From positions 16,859,840 through 16,923,839 of the forward strand of contig CAVNZM010000001.1 in the NCBI GenBank assembly GCA_963693365.1: a DNA stretch of 64,000 bases, given 5' to 3'. The notes under the pieces were generated by a model. It saw only the letters and a list, made by a program, of their open reading frames with translations, was not told the origin of the DNA and searched no databases. Position numbers and translations under genes: made by a program. Shown one piece after another: positions 14,615 to 34,909 of this stretch. The stretch's first letter is position 1. Each line of letters opens with the position of its first letter. The stretch comes from Amoebidium appalachense. Its lineage: Eukaryota > Protista > Ichthyosporea.

Positions 14615-15519
14615 ACCACCACCACCACCACCACCCCACACCCCCACCCCCCTCCCCACCCCCGGGCCTGAGGCCTCCCCCCCGGCCCCTCCCCCTTCCG
14701 AATGCAATCCGGAACCCCCGGTCCCCCTGCGTCCCTCCCCCCCCCCCCCACCCACCCAAAAGAAAAAATGTAGCAGTATACATATCTACTTATTCTTGTC
14801 TTTCATCCCGACATCATTCACGAAGTGCGAAGGAAGGCATGGGGCTTTCTCTAAACCCTTTCTTTTTTAAATTTTTTTTGCCTTTCTTTCACAAACACCA
14901 CCCGTGTGTGTCGTCGTCCTCCGGCAAGGAGAATGCGGATTACGTCATCGTTGGTAAACGTAACTTTGGACTATAGTCTTACATCACTGATGATAAAGGC
15001 TTACTTGTGCCATCGGTAAGGCCACTAGAGCTTTCAACTCGGCTTTTTATTGGCTCCCGGAAGTGGATTAACTTGAGCTAATCTTAGGGCCTGTTTGGCA
15101 ACCCGGGTTTAGGGTCCTAAATCCGGATTACGGGCGATTTTGGGTTTAGCGCTAAATCCAAATCTCAAAATCCAGCCGCTGCCAAACAGACGGCCAGATC
15201 CGGTCACGTAAATCTGGGTTTCAAACCCCTCGGACATGGCCGTAATCTGGATTCCACTAATCCACCTCGGGAGGTGGATTAGCGCGAAATCCTTTCAGGT
15301 CCTGAATGTCCGACCCAATGAATGTTCATTTTATGGAACTATATATGGTGTCCTTTTGCACCAATCGTCGATAGTTTGAAGTGGCCAAAAAAGGATTGTT
15401 GAAAGGGCGCCAAACCAAACTTCCGTTGCTGGCAGCATGTGGATACTGAGTGGGCTGCGACAGCTGTGCCTTGAACTGCGACACCTGCACCAACGCACGC
15501 CTGCACCAATGCAGGTAAT

Positions 15520-15795
15520 AACTTCCTGAGCGTCCATGTTATCACTCTCTTCAATGAATGGAGCCAACTTCTCAATTAACTCCCTTGCAACATATGGACT
15601 CACGCGTAGGACATCGTTCACCCTTGTCTCGTGAGCTGTGCCAAGCAGTTCTTGCACATACTCTCTACCACTGAGCGGGGAAGTACGACAGGGCTCTTTG
15701 AGCTCTGGGCTATAGGTCAAGGCTGCAATCGCAGCCAAAACGGCTATATTCCGGGCTGCATACATGGTGAGTGTCTCAAATAAAACCGTATACAA
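15520..15795 (-). pseudogene. Truncated N-terminus of PIF/Harbinger transposase
   Basis: PCRTSPLSGREYVQELLGTAHETRVNDVLRVSPYVARELIEKL...MDAQE matches the N-terminal 'TS.L.G..WV.ELL.GH..R....FRM....F..L...L...EQ' region of PIF-type transposases. Similarity stops after AQE and no DDE catalytic domain is present (probable internal deletion). Confidence 0.7.
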
Positions 15796-15942
15796 CTCAG
15801 CACTTTCGTGGTTTATTACTGCTTATCACTATGGTGTATATGTGTAGCGGGTCTGCAATTGCAAGTCACCGACCGGTGATGAACAGCGTGACAGCTGCAG
15901 AGCAAATCTAACCCGAAATCGTACGTGGGCTGTTTGGCATCC

Positions 15943-16130
15943 ATGGGTTATCTACCCGGCTTAATCAGGAGTCATGGGGCGAGTGGCCGAGCGAGACCGA
16001 AGTTATTTCGGTGAGCCGTCGGTTATTTTGGCGAGCCGATAGGCGAGCCAAAATAATCGACAAGGCGAGCCGAAATAACGAGGTCGAGCGAGGACACGAG
16101 CCGACATGATCCGGTTACGATATGACCCAT
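15943..16130 (+). other. Long imperfect hairpin with regularly spaced tandem GA/GA mismatches
   Basis: Arms pair from tcatg(15972)/catga(16109) inward to gcc-GATA-ggc (loop 16038-16041). GA lies opposite GA at 15981/16098, 15989/16090, 15993/16086, 16013/16067 and 16033/16045, and GAA opposite GA at 15999/16080. Outer extension: atgggttat(15943)/atgacccat(16130). Confidence 0.9.
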
Positions 16131-16204
16131 AAAGATTTAGCATTCACTTTATTGATACATTATGCAAACTTTAACTCGGTTATTTGATTCATATATCATT
16201 ACAT

Positions 16205-17839
16205 TCACATTTCAGGCTCATTTTCCTTATTGTTCTGCCTAGGGTTGAAGGGCTGATTGATGTTAATGATAATATTCCCATGAATCACAGCCCCGGACAG
16301 CAGATCTGTTGCTGTGCTATTTGCGGCTCTCAAAGCCTGATTGGTGGTCGGATAACTAGATTTTTGATTGGTTGTTTGATTCGGCATGGACACATTCATT
16401 TGATTGGGCATAGGATTGAGAGCACGTGAGCCGAGCTGATCTACTGTAACTGTGCGTGCATTCTGAGCATGTCTCACTGCCTGCAGCATGGTCATCATTT
16501 GTGGGTTATTTTTTTCAACTGCCTGCCTACGTACTTGTGCCATTGCAATATTCGCTATAGCTGCAGAATCTGTATTTTTCTCAGTGTAACCCAACAAAAC
16601 ATCGATATCTTTATGATGACTGCTGGCCGCGACGACGTTCAGGGGCAGCCCCGCCGGACCCACTTTATGGGAAATTCCCGTACGACGGTATGATCGAGCT
16701 TGGATAATATCCTCCGGAAGAGGGTCATTCAGCCGTTTATTGCATTCAGAAGGGACGTTTTCGATTGATTTCACACCCCAATTTCCTCTCTGAAACGTAT
16801 TTGTAGTTGAGTGGATTGCACGTAGAAAATTGAGTTCCGATGACTCGGGGTTCGGAATTGACGCCCTGTAGTCCTTCAAAATGTGGTATCCACAATCTAC
16901 GGCTGGTCGATCTGTATGTTTATCGGGCTCGCATGTGCATACTACCGGGTTAAGATTTTCGTTGAGTTGGTGGTTTTTGCTGCCTGCACTTATGGTAACT
17001 TCCCACATGGGCCGCCCAGTTACACGGTCAATAGAGTCCTCGATACCGTTGGATTTCACGAGCCATGCGTCCGACGCACGCATGTCACAGTCCGCCATGA
17101 GCACACTTGCAACAGCCAATCGGAGCGCTGCTTGGTTATTGTCTGCCGTGTATTCGTACCATAACTTGTTAAATATTTCCGACATTTGAGCAGGAGAAAA
17201 TATTGCTGCTTGTTTTGGTTTGTATTGTTTGTATGCTTTACTGTCTACAATTGACCGCTCTACTTTGTGAAGTAATGGGTATAGGTGAATTGTGGACTGT
17301 TCGTATGCAGGCTGACTTGCCTCGTGGCATGCGGCTCGTAGGAATGCACGACATGCCTTCATTTGTGATTTGCTGGTTGTTTTCCCATCCTGCATACCAG
17401 CCTTCCAAACCGCGGCAAGGAAATTTGCCATGTTGTTGTCAGTCATGTGTTCTTTGTCTATTTTGTGGCCTAACTCACCCAACCATTTGTTTTTCATTGA
17501 TTTGTATTTATCAGTGCCCTGCCCATGCTCAGCCAAACCTAGCACCTCGGCAGTTATGTCCTCCGAGACCTCAAGAGGGCGTTTGCCGTTCTTGTTGAAA
17601 GCCATTGTGTCTGCGTAATAACTTAGCACGTGTTCGTTATGATGATGAAACTGTGAATTTGCTTCGCCATTATATAGGGAAGCCCCAGAAAACATCGTGT
17701 TTTCATTGGCCGATATAGTTATTGTCATCTGATTGGGTAAACATATCGCTGTTTTCCGATTGGCAGATCTGTTTAGCTTGCATTCCTCCCGCAAACGGGT
17801 ATATCGTAGGTTTCGGCTGAGATCCGGATTCTGCAGCAT
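16205..17839 (-). CDS. Crypton-like tyrosine recombinase, intronless, up to 544 aa
   Basis: Catalytic order R (DMRASD, ~17079), K (GSKN), [H->R]xxR (ARSYRRT, ~16690), H (SSHHK), Y (LLGY, ~16587). It has an upstream YP.L...YKPKQAAIFS motif, an internal CTC...H...C cluster and a low-complexity tail ending LSGAVIHGNIIININ, features I recall from Crypton-type YRs. The true start may be a downstream Met (e.g. MAFNKNGKRP). Confidence 0.85.
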   Translation of the reverse strand: MLQNPDLSRNLRYTRLREECKLNRSANRKTAICLPNQMTITISANENTMFSGASLYNGEANSQFHHHNEHVLSYYADTMAFNKNGKRPLEVSEDITAEVLGLAEHGQGTDKYKSMKNKWLGELGHKIDKEHMTDNNMANFLAAVWKAGMQDGKTTSKSQMKACRAFLRAACHEASQPAYEQSTIHLYPLLHKVERSIVDSKAYKQYKPKQAAIFSPAQMSEIFNKLWYEYTADNNQAALRLAVASVLMADCDMRASDAWLVKSNGIEDSIDRVTGRPMWEVTISAGSKNHQLNENLNPVVCTCEPDKHTDRPAVDCGYHILKDYRASIPNPESSELNFLRAIHSTTNTFQRGNWGVKSIENVPSECNKRLNDPLPEDIIQARSYRRTGISHKVGPAGLPLNVVAASSHHKDIDVLLGYTEKNTDSAAIANIAMAQVRRQAVEKNNPQMMTMLQAVRHAQNARTVTVDQLGSRALNPMPNQMNVSMPNQTTNQKSSYPTTNQALRAANSTATDLLSGAVIHGNIIININQPFNPRQNNKENEPEM

Positions 17840-18848
17840 AATCTGGATCTCGATTTTGATATCCAGATATCCCCCGAAATCCAGATTACACTAACCCGCG
17901 TTGCCAAACAGGCCCTTACTCCCGACGGCTCGGAGTGTATCAACCAGCGATCGAGCTGGTTAATCCACTCCGATTAGGTTAATTCCACTCCCGGTTGTCG
18001 ATCGGGCGAAAGGCGCCCGAGAAATAGGAGAAATGAGAGGATGAATCTGAAGGGCAGATGTCTTTATATACCTTCGAGTTTATCGTCGAGCCAATCAGAT
18101 AGTTTGTTTTATTCAGCTGGTTTCCATATCAAAAAGAATCAGGCACAGTTTGTTTCAAACACATGCAAATATATTCATGTTTTTTTTTTAAACATAATAA
18201 TAAAATTTACTATCGGAAAAAAATAGTTACGCATAGTTACATAGTGTCTGTTGTGTTTATGTTTCCGACATCATATGATCATAATTATTGGAAGTTCACG
18301 TGTTTCGAAACTCAAATGTTTCACCGATTGGTCGAAATTTATTCAGGAATCCGGGACTGTGGGACATTCCCGCCCGGCTCAGCCAGTCAGCCCGAGAGCC
18401 GGACCGAGATGTATGCTTATGACAGAGATCTGCTAATGATATGAATTGAAGGTAGGCGCACTTTAATAACAACAACAAAGCAATAATCAATAATATAAAT
18501 AATAATAATGATAATAAGATAATGCAAAAGAAAAAAATTATCAGGATAATACTATTGTTAACAAAAATACAGAATGAAAACTTTTCATGGCCAAACCTCA
18601 TTACGCAACTCGATGCCGTTTTCACCAAAAGTTACCACTGCTCGGTCTCGCAATTTACGATCACTCGGCCGTAGGGCCTCGTGATCATAACTTGCGGACC
18701 TCGCAGTGCTAACTTTGGAGAACACGGCATCTCGATTGCGTAACACCAGATTTTCGTTCAGAAAGCTTTGTGTCACTGAGCGTTATCGGTGTGATGGATG
18801 GTGGTGTGAGAGATCTTGTCCTTTAGTGAAGGCTACGAAACCGAAAAA

Positions 18849-28591
<9,743 letters not shown>

Positions 28592-28968
28592 CAGCCTATA
28601 AATAGAAACTATAACCTTTTATTAGACCTGCACGCGTATGGATTGGAAAATATGCATTCTAGCACTTGAGAATACAATCCCCCGGTCCCCCCATTCCTGC
28701 TATATTTTGTAACGCAGTGCCTCCATTCCCCCCTCCCCCCCCCCCCCCCCCCCGCTCCCGTCCCCTCCCTCCGTCCATCGTAGTGATTCACTGCTGGGAC
28801 ATTGCTCGTAAAACAAACCGTAAATGTCGGAGGAGACACTTTTGCACTTAGTGTCAGCAAGCGTTGGTGTGGCTGGTGAAATGTGACCCGCGCTTTGTTA
28901 TGGTGGTTTGGATGTCCGTTGAATTTTTTTTTCCTTCCCGTGTGGCCTTGGCGGGTGGGTGGGTTGGT

Positions 28969-29003
<35 letters not shown>

Positions 29004-29370
29004 GTGGTGGTGGTGGTGGGGGGGGGGGGGGGGGGGACGTCATTGCAAACACAAATTTAATGATGCAACAATGCAATATAGGTGTAGATAGGCCCGTGTG
29101 TTTCGTTCCTGCTGTGCGCTGGTGGCTGGACCCCAGTAGGCAAGAATACGATATCATTGATGATTTATGGTCATATAGCAAACGAAGGCTGTGTGAGAAT
29201 AGACTCATGATGTGTCGCCCTTGTATGTCCGTTTTTGGAAACAAAGTGGCGCAGTCTGATGATTTGCAACGACTGATGCGCCAATGGACAACTAAGCTAC
29301 GGCTCCAAAGATTTTCAGACCGATGTGTAGTCTGTGAGGGTACTGATGTAGGGCCAATCCCTCCCCCCCC

Positions 29371-29406
<36 letters not shown>

Positions 29407-29647
29407 ACCACCACCACCACCACCACCACCACCACCACCACCACCACCACCACCACCGAAGAAAAAGAAAATAATAGGAATAAAAATAAAATAACGGGGA
29501 GGAGGACTTTTTTCCCTGCCTGCCCTCCCCCCTCCCCCCCCCCCCCCCTCCCCCCTCCCCCACCCACCACCAAAGAAATAAAAATAATAAAAATAAAAAT
29601 AAATACAAGGGTGGAGGGCTTTTTTCCCTGGACCCCCCCCCCCCTCC

Positions 29648-29721
<74 letters not shown>

Positions 29722-30660
29722 CGATTGTCCTTTGGTCGTGTGCATGTGTATATGGCACGTTGGGTGCATGTGTACGTGGTACGTTGCCTGTGTGAGTGCG
29801 CGTGCGTGCGCGTGTGTGCGTGCGTGCGTGTCCGTAAGTACGAGTGTGTGTGTGCGTGTGTGCATGTGTGCGTCTGTGCGCCCGTAGCATCGGGCGTGTA
29901 CGTCCGTGCGTGGGTGCGTCCGTGCGCGTGTTTTTTGTTTTTTTTCTTTTTTTTTTTTTTTTTTTTTTTGGGGGGGGGGGGGGGGGGGGAGGGGAGGAGG
30001 CCAAAATGAAGGAGCCCGTGAAAATATTGAAATTGTTTTCGTGCTTGCGGTTGCAACGTGATCTTGGATGTCCACTTGGGACTGTGGGGAAACTTGAAAG
30101 CTTCAGCTGGAGACCACCAATTTAAAACAAGAGAGCCAATAAATGAATCGATAGGCGGTGTGTGATACATACGTGAAATAATCCATATGTGGGTTTTAGT
30201 CCGTTTACCCAATGGTGGCCAGAGCAGCTGGCCATGGGCGAGTGGGTGCGGTATGGTAGTGGGCTCGGTATTGGGTATGATGTCGCGTGTGTGCGCGACT
30301 ATGCAAGCATGTCCGTGTCGTAGGTTAGGCGAATAGGTGAAATGTATTCTGCGTGCCTACACGGACGGTGTGCTTGTGTGTGTGTGTGTGTATTGAGTTC
30401 GTTTGTGTGTGTGTGTGCGTGCATGCGGGCTGTGTGTGTATCCCAGCTGCAGCAGGTCACCTCCGCATGCTTGTAGGTGCTGCATGTAACGTTATGTTTT
30501 GTGGATATTCGCATGGACTTGCTAATAATTTGTGCACTTGCCACAAGATACATACCGCCTTTGGAATATCCCCCATTAGCATGGCTTAGATGGTCAAGTT
30601 GAATCTTTAGTCACAGTTGCCGTACGGCAGCCTCTAATAATCAGTGATCCCCCCCCCCCC

Positions 30661-30691
<31 letters not shown>

Positions 30692-30709
30692 ACACACACA
30701 CACAGCTAC

Positions 30710-30745
<36 letters not shown>

Positions 30746-31392
30746 GAACCAAAAAAAAAAAACAAAAAAACAAACAAACAATTGAAGTATGTGAAGGTTT
30801 GAGGAAGGCGTAACTCTGTCAGTAACTTAAACCGTGGGTCATAAACTGAGGGCATCTAAGTTTCGGAGGAGAGCATTTTTTTCTCGCTCCCTCGACCCCC
30901 CCCCCCCCCCCCCCCTCCCCCCCCCCTCCCCCCCCCCCCCCCCCCCCCCCCCCTCCCTTGGCCTGCGTGTGCTTTGCATTCTGTATTGTGATATCCGTTA
31001 TGGATGTGCACTTCATGTTCTATTTTGCATTCTAACCTCCCCCCTCTCCCCCCCCTTCCCCGCTTCCCCTCTTCCCCCTCCCCCAATCCTCAAAACCCAC
31101 ACACACACATGCACCAGACCGCCAACTTTTGTCTAACCTTTTGTGGGTGAACCTAATAATGGGCCAGCACACAATTCTTTAGTTTTGTCATTGTGGTAAA
31201 AAGGACGAGATGTGCGGGAGTGGTGGTGGTGGTGGTGGTGGTGGGCCGGGCGGGGGGAGAGGGGGAGAGACCGGAGAAAAGGGAGGGGGGACTTCAAGCA
31301 GGAGGCCCTATCAAGGTAGAGTGTCAAAAGGAAAGGCTTGGTGTGAGCCACGAAAGTGCCTATCCGTTTGTTTTGTTTTGTTTTTTTCATTA

Positions 31393-31426
<34 letters not shown>

Positions 31427-31461
31427 GGAGAGTCTCAGAGAAACACACGCACACATACACT

Positions 31462-31497
<36 letters not shown>

Positions 31498-32305
31498 GAG
31501 AGAACGAGAGAGAGGGAGGGAGGGAAGGAGGAAGTGAACTAGAGAAAGAGATTGGGGGAGAAAGAACGGGGGGGGGGGGGGGGGGGGGAGGGAAGGGAGA
31601 GAGAGGAAGAGGGAGGGTGGGGGGGGGGGGGGGGGGAGGGCGGGGGGGGAAGGGAGAGGAAGACAGATAAAGGTAGAAGGGAGCAGTCAGAGGCGGCGGG
31701 GGGGGGGGGGGGGGGGGAGGAGAGGAGGTGGAGGGTAAGTGGGTGGGTGTGTGTGTGTTGGCGGGGGAGGGGGGGGGGGGGGGGGGGGATATGGAACTTT
31801 GGGCATGCGAGAAACATGCAGAGTGGTCAAATGGATCTGAATCATTGAGTTAGGCAGGATATTATTGTTTATGTTCATAGACATTTTTGCCAGGCAGAGG
31901 GGAAGAGAGAGAGGAGGGGCCCCGACTAATTGACAATGTTGCTTAGTATTTGTAAATGGTGGTGGCATTGCTTTTAAAAATGCTCAATTGAACAAGAGCC
32001 GGAGGAGACGTGTTCGAGAGTTTCGCATGCGCATGGCAGTCTGGGCTGTTAACTAGATGCTCTTTATTACGGTCTGCATACACACAATTTGCGGGGCCAT
32101 ACAAATAAGTTTACGGGTGGAGATGGGACATTTTTTTAAATTAGCGTTAACCCCAGCTGTCATACATACATACCGTGCGTGTTTCTGAGTGTGCACACAC
32201 TCTGCTCTGTCTGCTATTAGAATATAAACTGTGTACATAAGGCGAACCATCGGAATTCCGTAGGCTGTAATCTAAACAATATTAATATTAATTCTTCTAC
32301 GTTTT

Positions 32306-33755
32306 TCAGACCGTTGTGTAGTCTGTGAGGGTGTAGGTTTTTGTTGCCGTGCCGCCGGTGAGCACGGCCACCACGACGGTGGATGCGGGGGCGGTCTGTG
32401 TGATTGTGGTGGTGGGGATAGCCGTGGTGCTGTGGACCACCGTGGCCGTCTCCACCATCGTGGCCGTGCTGAGCACCGTGCTGGTGACCGTCACCGTGGC
32501 AACAAGCGATTCTGTTTCTTCCGCGGTGATTTGCTCGGTGACTGTGGAAAAGGAGTGAGTGTCAGAATCAGACGGCGGCCAATTCATGTGGACACACAGC
32601 CTTACTAAAAACGAAGTACTTCTAGGTTCCCTACATGGGGAGAGTTGGGTTTTCGATTATCCCAGCACTATTAACATTATTTAGAGTGTTGTGTCATATG
32701 AAGGTTCACAAAATTTTAAATCAATGTCTACCTGCGATATACTATCGCCTAGCAAGACGGTTTGTTTATTCACCCATTCAAAAAGCGGGGAAGATTTGAT
32801 CATAAAAGCAGCGCCGGGGACTTGGTCCAGCGAAAGCTGCAGGTGAGAGGGAGGGTGGGTAGGGGCTGGGGGGGGGGGGGGGGGGGGGGGGTAGGAGAAG
32901 GGGGGGAGGGGGGGGGGGGGTTGGGAGGGATGGGCAGGTAGGGAAGGGGCCGGGGGATTCTGGAAACTGACTTGTTACGGTCTCAGTGGTAGTCTCAACG
33001 GTGGTCTCCTCTTCCGTGGAGGTGACAGTGTCGGTGACCGTGGTAGTGGTCTCCTCGAGGGTGTTGTACAAAGTGCTGGTCTCCGTGAGAGTTTCGGACA
33101 GGGTCACGGTAACAGAGCCGATCACCTCGGTGATGGTCTCAGTAGCCACAACAGTTTCTGTTACGGTTGCTGCAGAGACAAAAGAATGTCAGGCAGGCTA
33201 AACTATCATGCCATGCTTGGCAAAGCTGCATCAAGCAGTACCCAGTTTTGTAACTCACTACATAGACTAAGTCAATTCAAGGTGAAAGGAAAACATATCC
33301 CGTAAACTGGCATTGGCGTAAATCGTGTATGATTAAGATTTGTTTGCTGGGAAAGCTTGCCAGCCGGTGTCCCTAAATGTCTGTCCCGGCCGGTGGTCGG
33401 GGGCATGATATCACGGACTAACCTTGGAACTCGGTGCTGGTAACGGTATCTGTAAGCGTCTCATAGGCTGTGGAGGTACCATCCGTATATACATTCGTGA
33501 CGGTGTAGACGATGGTGATGGGCTCGGTCACTGTTGTTGTTTCGGTGGCATCTTCTGTCTCGGTGATGGTCTCAGCAACAGTCGTTGTATCCACAAAATC
33601 AGGCACGGAGGACGTCTCTGTGATTGTTACAGGTCAGAACGGTCAACCCATATATCGACAACGGTTGAGACACTGGGAAGTTGCTCCGAGAGGGGGGAAG
33701 GGGGTCGGGGGGGGGATTTGTGTGTGTGTGTGTGTATATGTTGGGGGAGGGAGGG

Positions 33756-33795
<40 letters not shown>

Positions 33796-34717
33796 GGAAG
33801 TACAATCGCAATGAGATCGAGAAATCGAGAGATCGTCGGAGAGCCTGAGAGAGACGGCGAGAGAGGGGTAGGGGGATGGGGTTGGGAGGAATGAAGGAAA
33901 GAGGAGGAGAAGGTGGGCGTGTGGGGGCAATGCAAGACGGAAGGGATGGCTCGAGGGGAAGAGTTGGGCAGCTGGGGCCTAAGACTCAGAAGCTATACTA
34001 GACTAAGTACAAGGTGTTAGCACGAGATGTTGGCTACCACTTTCCATCCTGTGTAGCATCCTGAACCTTTTCGAATTCTAATCCTCTCTTTCCAGACTTA
34101 CCGACGGAAAATGCCATACATACATCCCTTTTACAACAAAGTTAAACTCACCTGTTACAGTGACAAGAACGGTTTCAGTGGACGTGACACTGTGTACATC
34201 GGTTGCTGTGGCTGTAAGGACTACCGAGCTGGTCTCCACATCAACGACCGTCGTCACGTCTGTTATGAAACTTGTCGTTGTCTTGGTGATTTCCACGATG
34301 TCGACATTCTGTTCGGTCTCAGTATGGGTCACAGTGCTGACGCTTGTTCTGGCCGTCGTCTCGATACTTGTCATCGTCTCCAGTACAGTTGTGGTTGCAG
34401 TGTGCGTAACAATTTCAGAGATCGCTGTTCCGACTGTAGCAGTACAGGGACATGGTTAGCATAGTGTATAGTGTGTGTCGTGCTTATTAGGCTATTTTTC
34501 TTCCAGCCGCAATCATGGGCTCATTGACAATATGGGGGGGTGATATCGCTATCCCAAGACCTCATGCTACGTTGCATAATGGATTGTTTCCCGGGAAAAA
34601 CAATATACTCGAGTTGTCATGCCTTTTAGTCAGGTCATAGCATGATCGGTAAAACTAGACCGAAGAACACTGAGCACTGAAATCCTTACACACTGACAGA
34701 CTGCTTTCAACGACCCC

Positions 34718-34759
<42 letters not shown>

Positions 34760-34849
34760 GGCCAACCCACACACATACCTCATGATTGAGAGCTACTCGG
34801 GGTCTAGTATTCATCATCAGAAAAGCCCTGCGACCTCTCTGCCCCCCCC

Positions 34850-34909
<60 letters not shown>

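Larger units (their letters stand above)
15087..17915. mobile_element. PIF/Harbinger-type TIR DNA transposon (2829 bp) carrying a tyrosine recombinase
   Basis: Left end gggcctgtttggcaacccgggtt (15087-15109). Right end reverse complement gggcctgtttggcaacgcgggtt (17893-17915), 22/23 identical. TTA flanks both sides (15084-15086, 17916-17918). GGGCC.GTTTGG termini and a 3-bp TWA target duplication are characteristic of PIF/Harbinger. Subterminal aatc(c/t)(g/a)gat repeats occur at both ends. Confidence 0.92.

Noticed and set aside
14980-15045. CTGATGA followed by a stem, suggesting a hammerhead ribozyme
   Set aside because: There is no GAAA core after stem II and no closing stems.
15307-15470. 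Possible Myb/SANT partner ORF remnant on the + strand of the Harbinger element (MSDPMNVHFMELYM...FEVAKKG...W)
   Set aside because: It needs a 27-nt intron or stop read-through plus a frameshift, and the similarity is too weak to call without an HMM search.
28609-30212. Long minus-strand ORFs of 488 and 306 aa
   Set aside because: They consist mostly of homopolymer and microsatellite translations, with no coherent protein and no splice support.
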